A stretch of 64,000 nucleotides of DNA from the human T2T-CHM13v2.0 reference genome, Homo sapiens, in assembly GCF_009914755.1 (NCBI RefSeq), contig NC_060934.1; one strand, written 5' to 3'. Positions 40,386 through 54,529 of the stretch are shown in pieces. Made by a program: the position numbers and the translations under genes. The notes under the pieces were generated by a model that was not told where the DNA came from, ran no database searches, and was given only the letters and a program-made list of their open reading frames with translations. Each line of letters starts with the position of its first letter. Positions within the stretch are counted from its first letter, which is position 1.

Positions 40386-42054
40386 ATGATAAAGGACCAA
40401 TAGTGATAGATTGTTAGATACTGCTGATAGATTAAACAAGTCAAGGACTGAGATTAACTCTTATTTTAGCAATGTGGTAGTCATTGGTGACTTTATAAGA
40501 ACATTTTTAGCAGGACAATGAGGGCAGAAAAAAAACCTCAGTGACATAAGTTTAAGAGATGGTGGGAAGGAGATGAATGATTAGAGCTTGGGTTGCAATA
40601 TCTATGAGCGTATTGAAAACACCAGGAAGGATGGCAGAAGTAGGACTGCACAATGTAACTCAAACACAGGAAAAAATCTCTAAGGAATCAGAGCAAGTGA
40701 GGTAGAAGGCAGGTGATTGCCACAAGGAAAGGTAGTTTGAAAAATGGGTGTTTCTAGGGAGCAGGAGGGGGACTGGGTAGATGAGGCAGTGAGGAGAAAG
40801 GAGGATGTCTGTCCTCCCTCCATGCTCCCTGGGAGGACAGTGGGAGAGGACCCACACCTCCCCTTAGGAGCACTGCAGGAGAAACAGAATCCTCATGGAA
40901 ACTAGAAGTTTGGGTTAGAAAAACAGGGGAGGGAACAGAAGCTGATAATATTAACATAAAGTGAGAATTTTGAATTTTCTAATGGGAAGTTACAGGTTCT
41001 AGAAGGACCATCAGAAGGGTTTTAGAATTAAGGAAAGTGTGAGAAAAAGTCAGAAAACTGGAGGTAAGAGCTCTAGGGAATGAGAGTTCAGTTCAGAACT
41101 GGAGTCCTGGGCTCTTTTGATGACTGAAATAAAAGTGGGAGAGAGCCTAAGGAAATTACCCTGGGGACATCATGGTGCCTTGTGGTGCTGAGGCTGTGAG
41201 CTTTGAAGTGGGCAGCTGAGGGCTTGGAGGCTTCTGAGAAACATTCAGACCTCCAGGACCCTCTCTTGAATTCTGACCCTGAAGAAGAGGTGTCCAAAGA
41301 GCGATAGACTCACCAAGACAGTGAAACTCGCTCTATTTAAGTCAGAGTCATCTGGAGAATGGATAGAATGGAGGACTTACGCATCTCTTTCAATAAAGTA
41401 TGTTTCTTCTAAGTGTAACAGACATCATCATGCAAAGTAGGTTTAGGGTGAATGCCATGTCGCCTCTATTTTTCTCTTGCAACTTGGATATATCAGAATG
41501 AAAGCTGACAGAAAGAAGCAAGAAGTCAGGAGCTCACGTTCTGTGTTCTTCCCCGCGGAGATGAGGGCTCCTGATGAGTGATCAAACGCTAGAAGGGGGT
41601 GAAGAGTACCACATTATTACCAATGCCCAGGACAGATGCCAAGCTGGGCAGTGATGGCGTGCAGAAAAGCCTCAGGGGAAAGACACAGCAGAAGGGGAGA
41701 GGGAGCATTTCTGTCTTTGATTCCACACCTGGGAAGGAAGCAGAGTCAGGATTAGTGAACAATATTCAGAATTATGCTTAGTTGGATCCCTTCATGTAAG
41801 TTCTGAGAAACTGCTGGGTGATGCCCAGGCTGAAATATGTGCTGAGATCAGCAGCCTTCCCTTGAGCAAAGTAAAGGATTTTGTTTTTAACAACAAAACA
41901 CATTTCTTGTGTACCCTGAGTGTTTCCCAGAGACTCTCATGACCTAGTGCTTACTATGGAGGAATGTTTTCATTCAGATGAAGGAAAGCTTTCCATCAAT
42001 GCAAGCATTGTGACAAGTTGATAGCCATTGCAACCCAGCTGTCCCTCAGAATGA

Positions 42055-42635
42055 GTGTGTTCACTGGAGGAGGTGACAACATCTTCATCATATTAATGAA
42101 AGCAAATGTCTAGGTTTTTTAGCAAAAGCACGAACTCTGAAAGAAAGCATAGTTACACATTAACCAGCTTGCCCTGTAGCCCACTTCCATGTAACTTCTT
42201 ACACTTTGGAATCATGTAGTCCCTATCACAAGGTCCTAACCTCATAGATAACATCTCAAACAGTAGGAAATCTCACGTTTTCCACTCGAGATATTTTCTG
42301 CATCATGCATTATAACAGTTCTACAGATGCCATCCAATCTACAGCCCCCTCCGAGGAACTGACTCAGCCCCACAATGCAGTTACCACATCCTTAGGCTTT
42401 CATAGTCCACACCCTGGCCAGTCAGCACCCCGCCCTGCTCCTCAGCCCCCTGCCTGCCAAAATTCCCTTGAAACCCCTGTCTAAAACTCCTCAGGGCAGT
42501 GAATTCGAAGTTTCCTCCTATCTCCTCATTTGTTTGCCTTCAAGTATTAAATCCCTTCTCTGCTCAACAGCCGCTATTTCTGTGTGTTGATCAGTTACTG
42601 TACAATGAGCACAAACACGGGGATCTTGTACAGAG
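42055..42635 (+). mobile_element. Old ERV1-type LTR
   Basis: gaggaactgactcagc, aaattcccttgaaacccc and attaaa poly(A)-like signal are LTR-like features; subfamily not determined. Confidence 0.5.
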
Positions 42636-43169
42636 GCTTGTCCTGTCAGGTTTCCACTGGAAAGCTGCCATAAGCCCAAGGAGAAAGTGAGGCACAGACA
42701 GCGTCTTCCTCAACTTCCTTCCAGAGGATCGCACTACACACCCAACAGCAGGCTCTCAGAAGTCTTAACATATAAAAACGTAGTAGATAGGTAAATAGAC
42801 TTGCAGAAGGATAGGTTTTCCTCCCCTCAATTCTTAACATATTCACCCTCACTCATGCACATTCTCATGTACAGTTTCCCAGTTACCCTCCCTAATCAGA
42901 TGCTCTTACCAAACTGTGTCCTGTGTCCGGCTGTGTGCAGTTGGGGGTGAAGGGAAGGGAGGAAGGAAAGACAAGAGACTTGGCCCTGATGGTCCTCAGT
43001 CGTGGGGAGACCAATCTTAGGCCATGCACTATTCCTTCATTGCCATTGTCAGGGCCATGTTTGCTACTTCTGGGACTGGGTTTTATTACTTTCCTTCACC
43101 TTTTCTGCTTTGCATGGGAAATGCAGATACCCATGTAGGCACAAAAGGGCATTTTCTTCCCTCTCTCTT

Positions 43170-43790
43170 CTGAAGTTTTGATAATTAGAGTGTATAAAAC
43201 AAACTGACAAGTGAAAGGTTAATATAAAAAGACAGCAAATTTGTATATATGTACATGGACATCAGATTCCTGCCAATAAGAGACTCCAGGGTGGTCCTGA
43301 TGACAGAGGGTTTCATCACATCCTGAGGCTACAGAGAGAACAGGGGCTTGGGGTCTCTGGGGGAGGTGGAGTCTCAGGTAATGGGGGAGTGGAAGAGGCA
43401 CACATGGTGAGCCAAGGCTGTCCCCACATAGATGTGAGCCTCTCAGGGGCTCGCCAAGCTGACCTCAAGAAGGTAGGTGGCGGCCTGTGGAGAAGCTTCT
43501 CAGTCAGACCTTTAAAGTGTCAGGATCTTAGTCTGTTTTTCCTGGAAGTTAATCTTTCCTTGATCCAATAAGGCATATAAAGGGGTCCTCAGAGAAAGGC
43601 TTTTACCCTCTGTTCACTTCACTAATGTACATTTCCTCAGCACTTACAAATCTCTGCGAGAGAAGAAAGCTTTTCAGGTCTATTTGTGTGTCAGCAGCCT
43701 CTCTGAATTGTGACCCCTCTGAATAGCCACATAAAATATGCCAAAAAAGTACATTTTGAGTGGCACATTTTGCTTTCCTTCGCCCTGTAT
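43170..43790 (-). mobile_element. Old ERV1-type LTR (MER31/MER67-like); related piece at 45850-46180
   Basis: tcagacctttaaagtgtcag…aaaatatgccaaaaaagtacattttg…tttccttc pattern. Confidence 0.55.
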
Positions 43791-44024
43791 AACACGTCTT
43801 AAAAACAAGAGTGTACCATGAGGTCCACAGCCGGTGGCCCCACTCCTGCCTCCTGAACAAAAGCTTCAACAAAAGGGATAATTTAAAAATGAGCAGCTCT
43901 ATTTCATGGGCCACTTTCCAACCACCTGGCACTAAAGTAAAAGACCGGTGCAACTCAGAACAGGTACAATGATCCAGGCTTGTGACTGGCAGGTCTAGAA
44001 TGCCATAGAAGTCCCCTAGTCACT

Positions 44025-44035
44025 GTGAGTCAGCA
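44025..44035 (+). promoter_or_regulatory. Candidate NRF2/sMAF antioxidant response element
   Basis: GTGAGTCAGCA followed by A/T-rich AGATTTT fits RTGASNNNGCA with an embedded AP-1 site. Confidence 0.5.
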
Positions 44036-45564
44036 AGATTTTCCAGAGAAGGAGGTTGGAGATAACACTATGGAATCACTTTTAGAGGATCACGCCTGGT
44101 GGATGTGAGTGCCTTATTGAGGGGTGGGGTAGAGCAGACTTTTCTGACACGTGAAAGCAAATGGGCCTGCTCCACCCTTCAGTGCAAACCAGCCATCTGA
44201 AGCTGCTCTTATTTAATCATAGGGAAACAGTCACTTGCTTCAGTAGAAAACATTTTCAACTTACTCTACTATCGCATAAAGCAAAGGCATACAGTTGAAA
44301 CCACTTGTGCTTTTAACATTTCTGGACCCTCCTATACCTATGAATAAATTTAAATGACTTGCTTATTCCAAATGAAATCCCTATGTTATTTAGGAAACAT
44401 GTTTAGGAAAATACTGGACTGGAGAGAAAAACAACTCACAAAGAGTCCTGTACTCTTCCGGTGACCTACTTCACATTTAGAAGTTTGGTTAGTTTTTATG
44501 CCAGTCAAAACATCCTGCCATGTAACTATGGAGCATGTTCAGTAAAATCAAATGTTTTGCCCACACAGACAATAAAAATGAACTTTAATGTTTTTTGCCT
44601 TGGTCTTCAAAAATGCACCCAAAGGAGAAACACTGCATTTCCCAAACAGGACAAAGTGATTTGGTGCCAATCTCTTAAGAATGAAGAATGAAGTGTTTAG
44701 CTAGTTTGAGAGTCAAGAAAAATTGAGAAATGCAGAACTCAAGTTTCACACTAGAATATCGTTGTTACAAGTAACAGGAGGAAAGAAAAACCCATAGTCT
44801 TGGCATTACCCATCATTTTTTAGGGAATTTTCTATACCTTCTCTGTATATTGATTTTTCAACCTTGGATGCCAAGAAGGTATAAAATCCCATGTCCAGGC
44901 ATCAGTACACACCCTCTTCTCTCAATGAGAGAAAAATACCTAGGACTTGTGGGGATACAAGGAACCCTTTGGCCAAGTGATTAGTCTTTGGTCCTTAACA
45001 CTCAGCCTAGTACATTTTGGGCTGGGAGAGGGGAGGTGGAAAAATGGGGAATATTAACCTCACGACTAAACAAACACTAATGTTCCTTAGTGGAAAAAAG
45101 GTTATCCTGTTGAACCAGCAAAATGACTAGAGGTTTCTGCAAACGGCTAGAGGTTTCTGCAGACATTCTAGTTCATCAAAATATTTTAATTAATTTTAAT
45201 AATCTTAGCGAGGTGCTAAAAGAGGGACCCTAATGGGATGTGAGACAAACACAAAGAGATTTTAGTTTTATGAAAAGCAAACTCTATGACTTCACAAACT
45301 AGATTTTGTATTAAGGTCGCAATGTAGCCAAGTAATTCTGGGCATGACTGTTTAAAACAGGAATGTGAAACCAGAGAAAGGCAGCCCTCCTTTGGCTGGG
45401 CGATGGCATAGCAGACCAGGAACTTTCCCCCACATGGTGCTCTATACAGGACAGGGGTGAATCAGCTCAGCTACACCATGTGCCTTAGAGACTCTGAACA
45501 TGAGACATGTGGAAAAAGACCCTAAAAAATAATTACAGGCAGAATGCAGGAAAAACAGCCAGAT

Positions 45565-45830
45565 GGCCAGGCATGGTGGCTCATACCAGTAATTCCAGCA
45601 CTTTGGGAGGCTGAGCCAGGAGGATCTCTTCAGCTCAGACCAATCTGGAAAACACCTTGAGAACTCATCTCTGCTAAAAAGAAAAAATTTTAAAAATTAG
45701 CTGGGTGTAGTGGCACCTGTCTGTAGTCTCAGCTACTTGGGAGGCTGAAGTAGAAGGATTGCTTGAACCCAGGAGGTCAAGGCTGCAGGGCATTGTGATT
45801 GCACCATTGCACTTAAATCTTGGCAAAATT
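45565..45830 (+). mobile_element. AluJ
   Basis: Diverged Alu with aggattgcttgaacccaggaggtcaaggctgc. Confidence 0.85.
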
Positions 45831-46321
45831 TTTTACAGTGGCAACACAGGTTATGGGATGGAGAGAAGAACAAGCCTGGCTAGCAAAAGAGGTTTCATTA
45901 TTTAGATGAAATCTCCCAGGAAGCAGCCCTCAGAGAGAACAGCTGAGAAATGTTTTTCTTTAGACCTTTAAAGGTATCAGATTCTCAGTTAATCTTTCTT
46001 CTATCCAAGGGAGATTCTCAGAGAAAGCCCAGCTGTAACAATGCAAATTTTCTCTACAGATGCAAGTATTTCCCACTAAAGACAGCTTTTTGTCCCTTCT
46101 AATATTTCCTGCTTTTCTGAATAGCTGTCTTGAAATGTGTCAAATAAATGTATTTTAGTGTAAAATGTTTTGGTTCCCTTGAAGCTCAACTTTGAGTCCA
46201 ACTAAGACAAGAGGGGATTTATAACCATAGAGCACGGTGAGGTCAGAGGAGAAAAATTACTAAGAGAAAGCACCCAGAGATGAGGGTGGCAGCAGCAAGG
46301 CAGAAATTCTGGAATACCAAA

Positions 46322-48766
46322 TGATATGGTTTGGCTCTGTGTCCCCACTGAAAAATCATGTCAAATTGTAATTCCCAGTGTTGGAGGAGGGGCCTAGTGG
46401 GAAGAGATTGAATCACGGGGGCTGACTTTCCTCTTACTGTTGTCATAATAGAATTCTCATAAGATCTGGTTGTTTGAAAGCATGTAGCACCTCCACCTTC
46501 TTTCTCTCTCTCTCTCTGCCTCTCTCTCTCTCTCTCTCTCTACCTCCCCCTCTCCTGCCAGCCAAGTGAAGACATGCTTGCTTCCCCTTCACCTTCCTCC
46601 ATCATGGTAAGTTTCCTGAGGCCTCCCCTGCCATGCCTCCTGTGCAGCCTGCAGAACTGTGAGTCAATTAAACCTCTTTTCTTTGTAAATTACCCAGTCT
46701 CAGGTAGTTCTTTATAGTAGTGGGAGAATAAACTAATACCGAAAATTGGTACCAAATAGTGAGGCATTGATATAAAGATACCTGAAAATGTCAAAGCAAA
46801 TTTGGAACTGGATAGTAGGCAGAGACTGGAAGAGTTTGGAGGGTTCAGAAGAAGATGGAAAGATGAAGGAAGGTTTTAAACTTCCTAGAGAATTGGATAC
46901 TTCTGTAGAAAATGCTGATAGTGATATGGACAATGAAGTTCAGGCTGAGGATTTCTCAGATGGAGATGAGAAACTTATTGGGAACTGGAGTAAAGGTCAC
47001 TCTTCCTGTGCTTTAGCAAAAAGATTGGCATCATCATGTCCCTACCCTAGAGATCTGTGGAACTTTGAACTTGAGCAAGATGATTTAGGGTACCTGACTG
47101 AAGAAATTTCTAAGTGTCAAAGGAAGCAAGATGTGTCCTGCCTGCCTCTAACAGCATATTCTCATATGCATGCCCAAAGAGATTATCTGACACTGGAAGT
47201 TACATTTAAAAGGGAAGCAGAACATAAAAGTTTGAATAACTTGAGCCCCACCATGTAGTAGAAAAGAAAAACTCATTTTCTGAGGAAGAATTCAAGCCAG
47301 CTGCAGAAATTTGCAAGATAAAGAAGAGCCAAATGTTAATAGACAAGACAATGGGGAAAATGCCTCCAGGATATTTCAAAGACCTTCAAGGTAGCCCCTT
47401 TTATCACAGACCTGGAGGTTTAGGAGAGAAAAATAATTTCATGGGCCAAGCCCAGGGCCCTACTGCTCTGTGAAGCCTTGGGACACGGCACCCTGCATAC
47501 CAGCCACTTCAGCCCCAGCCATGGCTAAAAGGGCCTCAGACACATCTTGAGCTATTGTTTTAGAGGATGCTAGCCCCAGTGTGTTGTGACTTCCATGTAG
47601 TGTTAAGCCTGCAGGTTCTCAGAGTCCAAAAGTTGAGGTTTGGGAGCCTCTGCCTAGATTTCAGAGAACGTTTAAAAATGCATGAATATCCAGGAAGAAG
47701 GCTGCTGTGAAGATGGAACCCTTATGAAGCACCTCTGCTAGGGCAATGTGGAAGGGAAATATGGGGTTTGAGTTCCCACACAGAGTTCCCACTGGGGCAC
47801 TGCCTAGTGGAGCTATGAGAAGAGGGCCACCATCCTCCAGAACCCAGAATGGTATATCCACTGAAGGCTTGTACTGTGTGCCTGGAAAAGCGGCAGACAC
47901 TCAGTGCCAGCCAGTGAAAGCAGCCATGGGGCCTTTACCCTGTATAGCCACAGGGGTAGAGCTGCCCAGGACCCTGGGAGCCCACCTCTTGCATTAGTGT
48001 GGCCTTGATATGAGACATGGAGTCAAAAGAGATTATTTTGGAGCTTTGAAATTTATTGACTGCCTTTCCGGGTTTTGGACTTCTATGGGGCCTGTAGCCC
48101 CTTTGTTTGGGCCAGTTTCTCCCTTTTGGAACAGAAGCATTTATTCAGTACCCATACCCGTATTGTGTCTAGGAAGTAACTGACTTAGTTTTGATTTTAT
48201 GGCTTATAGTTGAAAGGGACTTGCCTTGTCTCAGATGAGACTTTAGAATTGGACTTTTGATCTAATGTTGTAATAAGTTAAGACTTTCAGGGACTGTTAG
48301 GAAGGCATAATTGTCTTTTGAAATGTGAGAAGAATGTGAGATTTGGAAGGGGCTGGGGCGGAGTGATATGGTTTGGCTCTGTGTCCCTACCCAAATCACA
48401 TGTGAAATTGTAGTTCCCACTGTTGGAAGAGGGGCCTGGTGGGAGGTGACTGAATCATGGAGGCTGACTTCTCTCTTGCTGTTCTCATCATATGGTTCTC
48501 ATGAGATCTAGTTGTTTGAAAGTGTGTAGCACCTCCCTCTTCTCTATTTCTCTCCCTCCCTCTCTCTCTCTCTCTCTCCCCTGCCAGCAATGTGAATATG
48601 TGCTTGCTTCCCCTTTGCCTTCCTCCATGATTGTAAGTTTCCTGAGGCCTCCACAGCCATGCTTTCTGTACAGCCTGTGGAACTGTAAGTCAATTAAGCC
48701 TCTTTTCTTTGTAAATTACCCAGTCTCAGGTAGTTCTTTATAGCAGTGTGAGAATGCACTAATGCA
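46322..48766 (+). mobile_element. Full-length MaLR MST element: LTR 46322-46740, MST-int, LTR 48364-48766
   Basis: Both LTRs start tgatatggtttggctctgtgtcc and end aattacccagtctcaggtagttctttatag…actaat. The internal ORF 46788-47258 is typical MaLR-int. Confidence 0.93.
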
Positions 48767-50499
48767 CAAGAATACAGTCACAGCAAAGTTTCCCTACTCT
48801 CATATTTCCTCAGTACTAATCAAATATGCCCATGCTCTGCTCTTGGCCCTCTATGGGAAGGTGGGGTTTTCAATGCCTTACATCATCTGGGGACCCAAGG
48901 CTGGAACTGCTCCCTCAGTGAATCACTGGGGGTGGAATTGAGATAGATAGGGGGTCCATATGCTTAGGACAGTGGATGTAATTGGGCTGTACCAATGAGG
49001 AGTCTGTGTAAGGGAGGGAAGTTCTGTGTCTACAGAAAACAGGGGAAAGTTATGTTACTACAGGTAGAAATTATGAGCCCCTGGGGACATCCAATATCAA
49101 TCTTCTTTTACCTAATTTGGTACATAACTGTCAAGTATGTTTTCCTTTATACTGGAGAATAATGTTAAAAATGAAATCTCCTGCCAATCTAAAAAACTCC
49201 TCCATAAAAATGTAGAAAAGAAAGAAAATAATTTTCTTATTCAAAAGGCATTAAACCACACTGCAATGTGCACCACAGGTAAGGTCTAATGAGATTAAAA
49301 GGCAGAAATGAATCTGACCTCTTTAAAAAGCCAAGGAGTACAGCCTTTACACACATCTTCTCATGATAAATGATAACTGGTCCTCACATAAGAAGGCCTA
49401 ACAACACTGTTTTTTGATAACATTCTTTCATGGCTTCATCCCAAATTCACCTGGTAATTGGGTTAGCCATCTGTGCTAGTCAATCACCTGTATCACTAGG
49501 AAAAATGACATTTCTCCATGACAAGCAGGCAGTTGTAGCTTGGAGCAAGGGACCCAGGGAGATAGGAATTTTCCTTTTTTAATGTTTACATTTCCAAAGA
49601 GCTGGCTCTCTTACCCTTAACAAAACACTCACATGTTGCAATTCTGGTAAGAGGCTTAGTTGGCTTTTAAAAATATTTACATGAATATCAAAGGGACTGA
49701 GGTAGGATTTACAAATACAATTTTTTCTCAAGGAAATAATCTAAGAAATGGGCAGAGAAGAAAAGTCTCTATCCTTGTTGGCAATAGAAAAAACTCAGTT
49801 TTAACAATTGACCCTTAGAGAAGTCTAGAAACTTGAACATCAAGCAAACATGATTTCTAAACAGAAGTCTTTAAGAAACATAATTACAGTTACATGATCT
49901 CCTTTATGAAGTGGATATTGACCTGATATTTTAATGATCAAATATAAGTGCTTATTTTGACTTATGCCAGAATTTGCTATGAAATTAATCATATTTTTAA
50001 ACCTCTAATACTTAGCTTGCTGCTCAGTACTAGAAGCCAGAGGTAAGTGTCATATTAGTCAGCCTTCATTCTCACCTGACTGTAGATACTAACTATGAAA
50101 GCTAGAAAAAATTTCTGCTATTGCTAAAGTCGAACATAAACAAGGTTGAACACTGGTTAAAATGGTGACGATGGATTTTATTAGTAATCCAGTGTTGTAA
50201 TAGGGAAGAGGTCCAGTATGGACTGAACTGAACTTTGATTCATACAAGGTGACTCACCATTTTAAGGGAGAACGGGTGAGAGGGAAAGGCTGAGCAGGGA
50301 CTGAGTGGAATCAGCAAAGTGGAAAATTTCAAAAAACAGAAAGGGGCTGGTTGGCCAATGTGATTATTCCCTCTGGGTTTGCAAACAAGAGCTAATGGAA
50401 GTTGGGCTCCTGCCCTGACATGAGGATTCAAAGAATAGTGGCCTGTTTTCAGATCTTTAAACTATTTTATGATCTTTCCGTTGAAACTTTTTGTCAGTG

Positions 50500-53400
50500 T
50501 TAAGGGAAATGAGAGAAAGTACCCTATTTTCAGACATCTATGTTGATACATAACCAAGAGGTTAAAGGAAATAAACTAATGGTGCACCACTTGGAAAAAG
50601 TTTGTCCTGACTCCCAGGGAGAGAAAGAAAAGGAGCTAGAGAGTCAGCAGTTGTTAAATGTGCTTAACCCACTTGAAACTGGTGCCACATTACTTAGTCA
50701 AGAGGTGGAGGAACCACCATCCCTGGAGTATAAAGAGGCTGCAAACATAGTCTCTCCCTCCTGAACTAGGCAAGGCACTGATTTTGGCTGGAGATCTACC
50801 AAGCTGGGGCAGGGCAATTTCCCCTCTGACAATATCCCATGGGAATTAATCAGCAAGGGACTTCAGCTCGATATTATTGGGCATACAGGCCTTTTCCTAC
50901 ATCTGATGTACTGAATTGGAAAACTTCCAATCCTTTCTACAGGGAAGATCCTCAGAAGATGACTGAATTGTTTACCACTATTTTTGCCAGCCATCACCCT
51001 ACTTAGGCTAATTTGCAAGCCCTCCTAAATATTATGCTTACTGCAGACAAGAGAAAGCAAGCATTAGGCAATGGAAAGGAGGAAGCATGGTGTCTTCATG
51101 AAAAAAGCCCAGATGATACCCCAGACCCTGATAAGATTCTACATGCTGACCCAAACTGGGTCCCAAGTGAGGAGGATGGGGCCTGGACAAATCATCTGGA
51201 GTATTCTAAAGGGTGATAGGTCAGGGGTGCCGAGACCTAAAAGTCTGAAAAAAGTGCAGGAGCTTCAGCAGAAGCCTAACAAGGATTCCCTCAGAGTTCA
51301 TGGATGTATCTGTCAAACATATAGAAAGCATACAGACTTAGACCTGCAGGATCCTGAAAATGTCAGAATGATAAACATGACTTTTATAGAGCAAAATGCC
51401 CCAGACATCACAAAGAAGTTACAAAAGCTGGAGGGGAGCTATTGGAATGAACACTTCTCAATTAATTGACATTGTGTTCAAGGCCTTATAATAGCAGAGA
51501 AGCCAAGGAAACCAAGGCACTACTGAAGGCAGAGATACTCATAGCTGCCATGGGAGGAAACCTGAAGAGAAAGGAACCCCCAAGGTGGAAAGGGAAAGTA
51601 GAAAAAGATCAATGGGCTTACTGTAGGGTGACAGTGCTTTGGAAGAAAGACTGCCCCAAGCTGAGTCAGGGGGAGCCCAAGTCACTTATGGCTGTTAAGT
51701 TTGGAAAAAATCCAAGGAGGACCGAGGGTGCCCAAAGTTCCCAAAAGCTCCAACCCTGTCCAGCATTAGGATTTCACCACAGGACATTCGGGTAAAACTG
51801 ACAGTAGGGAAACAAAAATTGGACTTCTTAATTGATACGGGTGATACTGACATCCCAAAGTGTGGACTTTCTGACACCTATGTCAATATGGTTGGGGTGA
51901 ATGGAGAGCTAAAACTGGTTGGGGGGGGGGGGGGGTTGTGACCCTTATCCTGCAAGGTGGGCAATGAGGTATTGATAATAGCTAATCAATTATTTTATGT
52001 GTGGGACTGCCCAACCTCTGTGCTTGGTAGAGATCTCTTGTGTAAGTTAGAGGCATTAATTGTCTTTGAACCAGAGAAACGTCCAATGTGCCTCCAGGTA
52101 CCCCCAGAATCCAGATTGCAGCTACAGGCCCTCCTGATGAAATCAAAAACTCCACAGCTTGAAGTAGAGATGATTCCACCGGAAGTCCTCAATAAGGTAA
52201 AGCCGGAAGTATGGGCTTCCGACCAACTGGGGAGGACAATTAATGTGAATCCCATAAAAGTCAGGCTAAAGGAAGGTATCTGACCTGATTAAAATAAACA
52301 GTACCCCTAAAGAAAGAGACTCTAGAAGGCATACAGCCAGTACTGGTTCGATTCTTTTGACATGGCTTAATAAGACTTTGTCAGACCTTGTATAATACAC
52401 CCATCCTGCCAGTAAAGAAGCCTCACTCACACAAGTACAGGTTTATGAAAGATCTAAGGGTGACCAATGATATCGTGGAAGACATCCACCCCACTGCGAC
52501 CAATCCATACACTATGTTTACTTCCTTGCCCAGAGACCATGAATGGTCTACAGTGTTAGATTTACAGGATACTTTCTTTTCTATACCAGTGGACCCAGAA
52601 AGTCAATTATTATTCACTTTTGAGTGGACAGACCCTGAAACAGCTTGCACGATTTCAATACTGTTGGACAGTGCTTCCTCAAGGGTTTAAAAATTCCCCA
52701 ACTGTATTTGGGGAAGCAGTGGCTCGGAACATAAGAGACTTACAGTTGGAAAATGGGACACTACTACAATATGTGGATGATCTGCTAATCTTAAGCCCCT
52801 CAAGGCAAGAGTGTCAAGATAACACTGTACAGACTCTAAACTATTTGGCAGCCTGTGGGTACAAAGTCTTGAGCAAAAAGGCACAGATATGCAAACAAAC
52901 TGTAGAATACTTAAGATTTCTATTACAGAGAGGAACCAGAGCCCTGGCAGAGGAGAGGCCAAATGCAATTGCCTCTGCCGCAATGCCCAGAACCAGAAAG
53001 TAGTGGAGGGCCTTCCTGGGAATGCAGGGTTCTGTAGAATTTGGATTCCCAATTAGGCACTGGCAGTAAAGCCACTATATGAACTGTTAAAAGGGGCCAA
53101 CCACGACCACTTTGTATGGGAAGTAAAACATCAGACTGCATTTGAACAACTAAAGCATAAGTTAACATCTGCCCCAGCTTTGGGACTGCCAAATTATCAT
53201 AAACCCTTCCAACTTTATGTGCATGACAGACTGGGTCTAGCACTTGGGGTCCTAATGCAAAAATTTGCAACCAGTGGCTTATTTTTCAAAACAGCTTGAT
53301 TCAGTGACAAAGGGCTGGCCCCGTTGTCTCAGCGCAGTAGCTGCCACCTGCCTGTTGCTCAAGGAAGCTAAGAGGATGACTTTAGGTCAGCCCATCACGA

Positions 53401-54480
53401 TTTATGTGCCCCATGAAGTCCTGGAGTTATTAGAGCAGAAGGATGGCTACTGGCTAATGGTGGGCAGATTAGGCAAGTATCAGGCTATCCTCCTTAATGA
53501 TCCTGAAGTAAACTACAGGCCAGCCACTGGAGCCTTAAACTCTGCCACTTAGTTGACACCTACTGGACAACCAAAGGAACTAGTACACAACTCCCTAGCG
53601 GTTATAGATCAAGAGTCTTCCAGTCAACCAGATCTGAAGGACACAGCCCTCCAGGGTAGAGACTGGATGCTCTTTGTGGACAGAAGCAGCCTGGTCACCA
53701 ACAGAAGGAGGAATACTGTCTAGGCTATAGTGTCTCTCTCGGAGGTGATAGCTGCAAGAGCTCTCCCAACAGGGACTTCTGTGCAAAAGGCTGAGTAAAT
53801 CGCCCTTATGAGAGCCTTGCAACTGACCAAAGGGAAGAGAACCAATATCTAAACTGATTCCAAATATTCTTTCATGATAGTCCATGCACACAGAGCTATT
53901 TGCAAGGAAAGGGGACTGCTAAACATGTGTAATACTAAAATTAAATATGCAGAGCCACGTTGGAGCTATTGGAGGTGGTGACAACCCCAAGGGAAATAGC
54001 TGTTAGGCATTGTCCATTGCCATCAGCACAGGAATTCCAATCTAGCTAGAGGGAACACTTTCACTGACTGCACAGCCAGGCACACAACCAACAGCAGTGC
54101 TGAGGTCCAGGCATCTTTAATTCCCCAAATAGATCTGACAGCTTTCAAATCCCAGTATCCTCTTGAGGATAAAAAGGCTACCAAGGACAGAGGATGTATT
54201 CAAGATAAGAAAGGTTGAAAACTAATTGATGAAGGCGTGGTTTGGATGCCGACACACCTTGTTCAACCAATGCCAAAATATACACATGATAGCATGCATT
54301 TCGGATGAGATGCCTCATTAACTTTCTTGCAAAAATATATAAAAGGAAAAGGCCTGAAGGCTCACTTGGAAAGTATAACACAACACTGAGACCTTTGTGC
54401 TGAAAACGAGCCCAGTAACCATAGCAGAGGACAGCCTGGACAATAGGAGAGAGGTTTTGCTTTGGAAAACTAAATTTCTA
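50500..54480 (+). mobile_element. Degraded class I (gammaretrovirus-like) ERV gag-pro-pol
   Basis: Gag CA/MHR (KKVQELQQKPN), knuckle remnant (DQWAYC…WKKDCP), protease LDFLIDTG (~51820), RT (YNTPILPVKKP, LPQGFKNSP, LLQYVDDLLI), tether QPVAYFSKQLD, RNase H and integrase start. Many stops and frameshifts. Confidence 0.93.
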
Positions 54481-54529
54481 AATTGACTGGGGCATGTCTC
54501 AGATATTTGGGGCTCACAATACCTAAATA

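Noticed and set aside
46788-47258. 156-aa acidic ORF
   Set aside because: Standard MaLR internal ORF remnant between MST LTRs.
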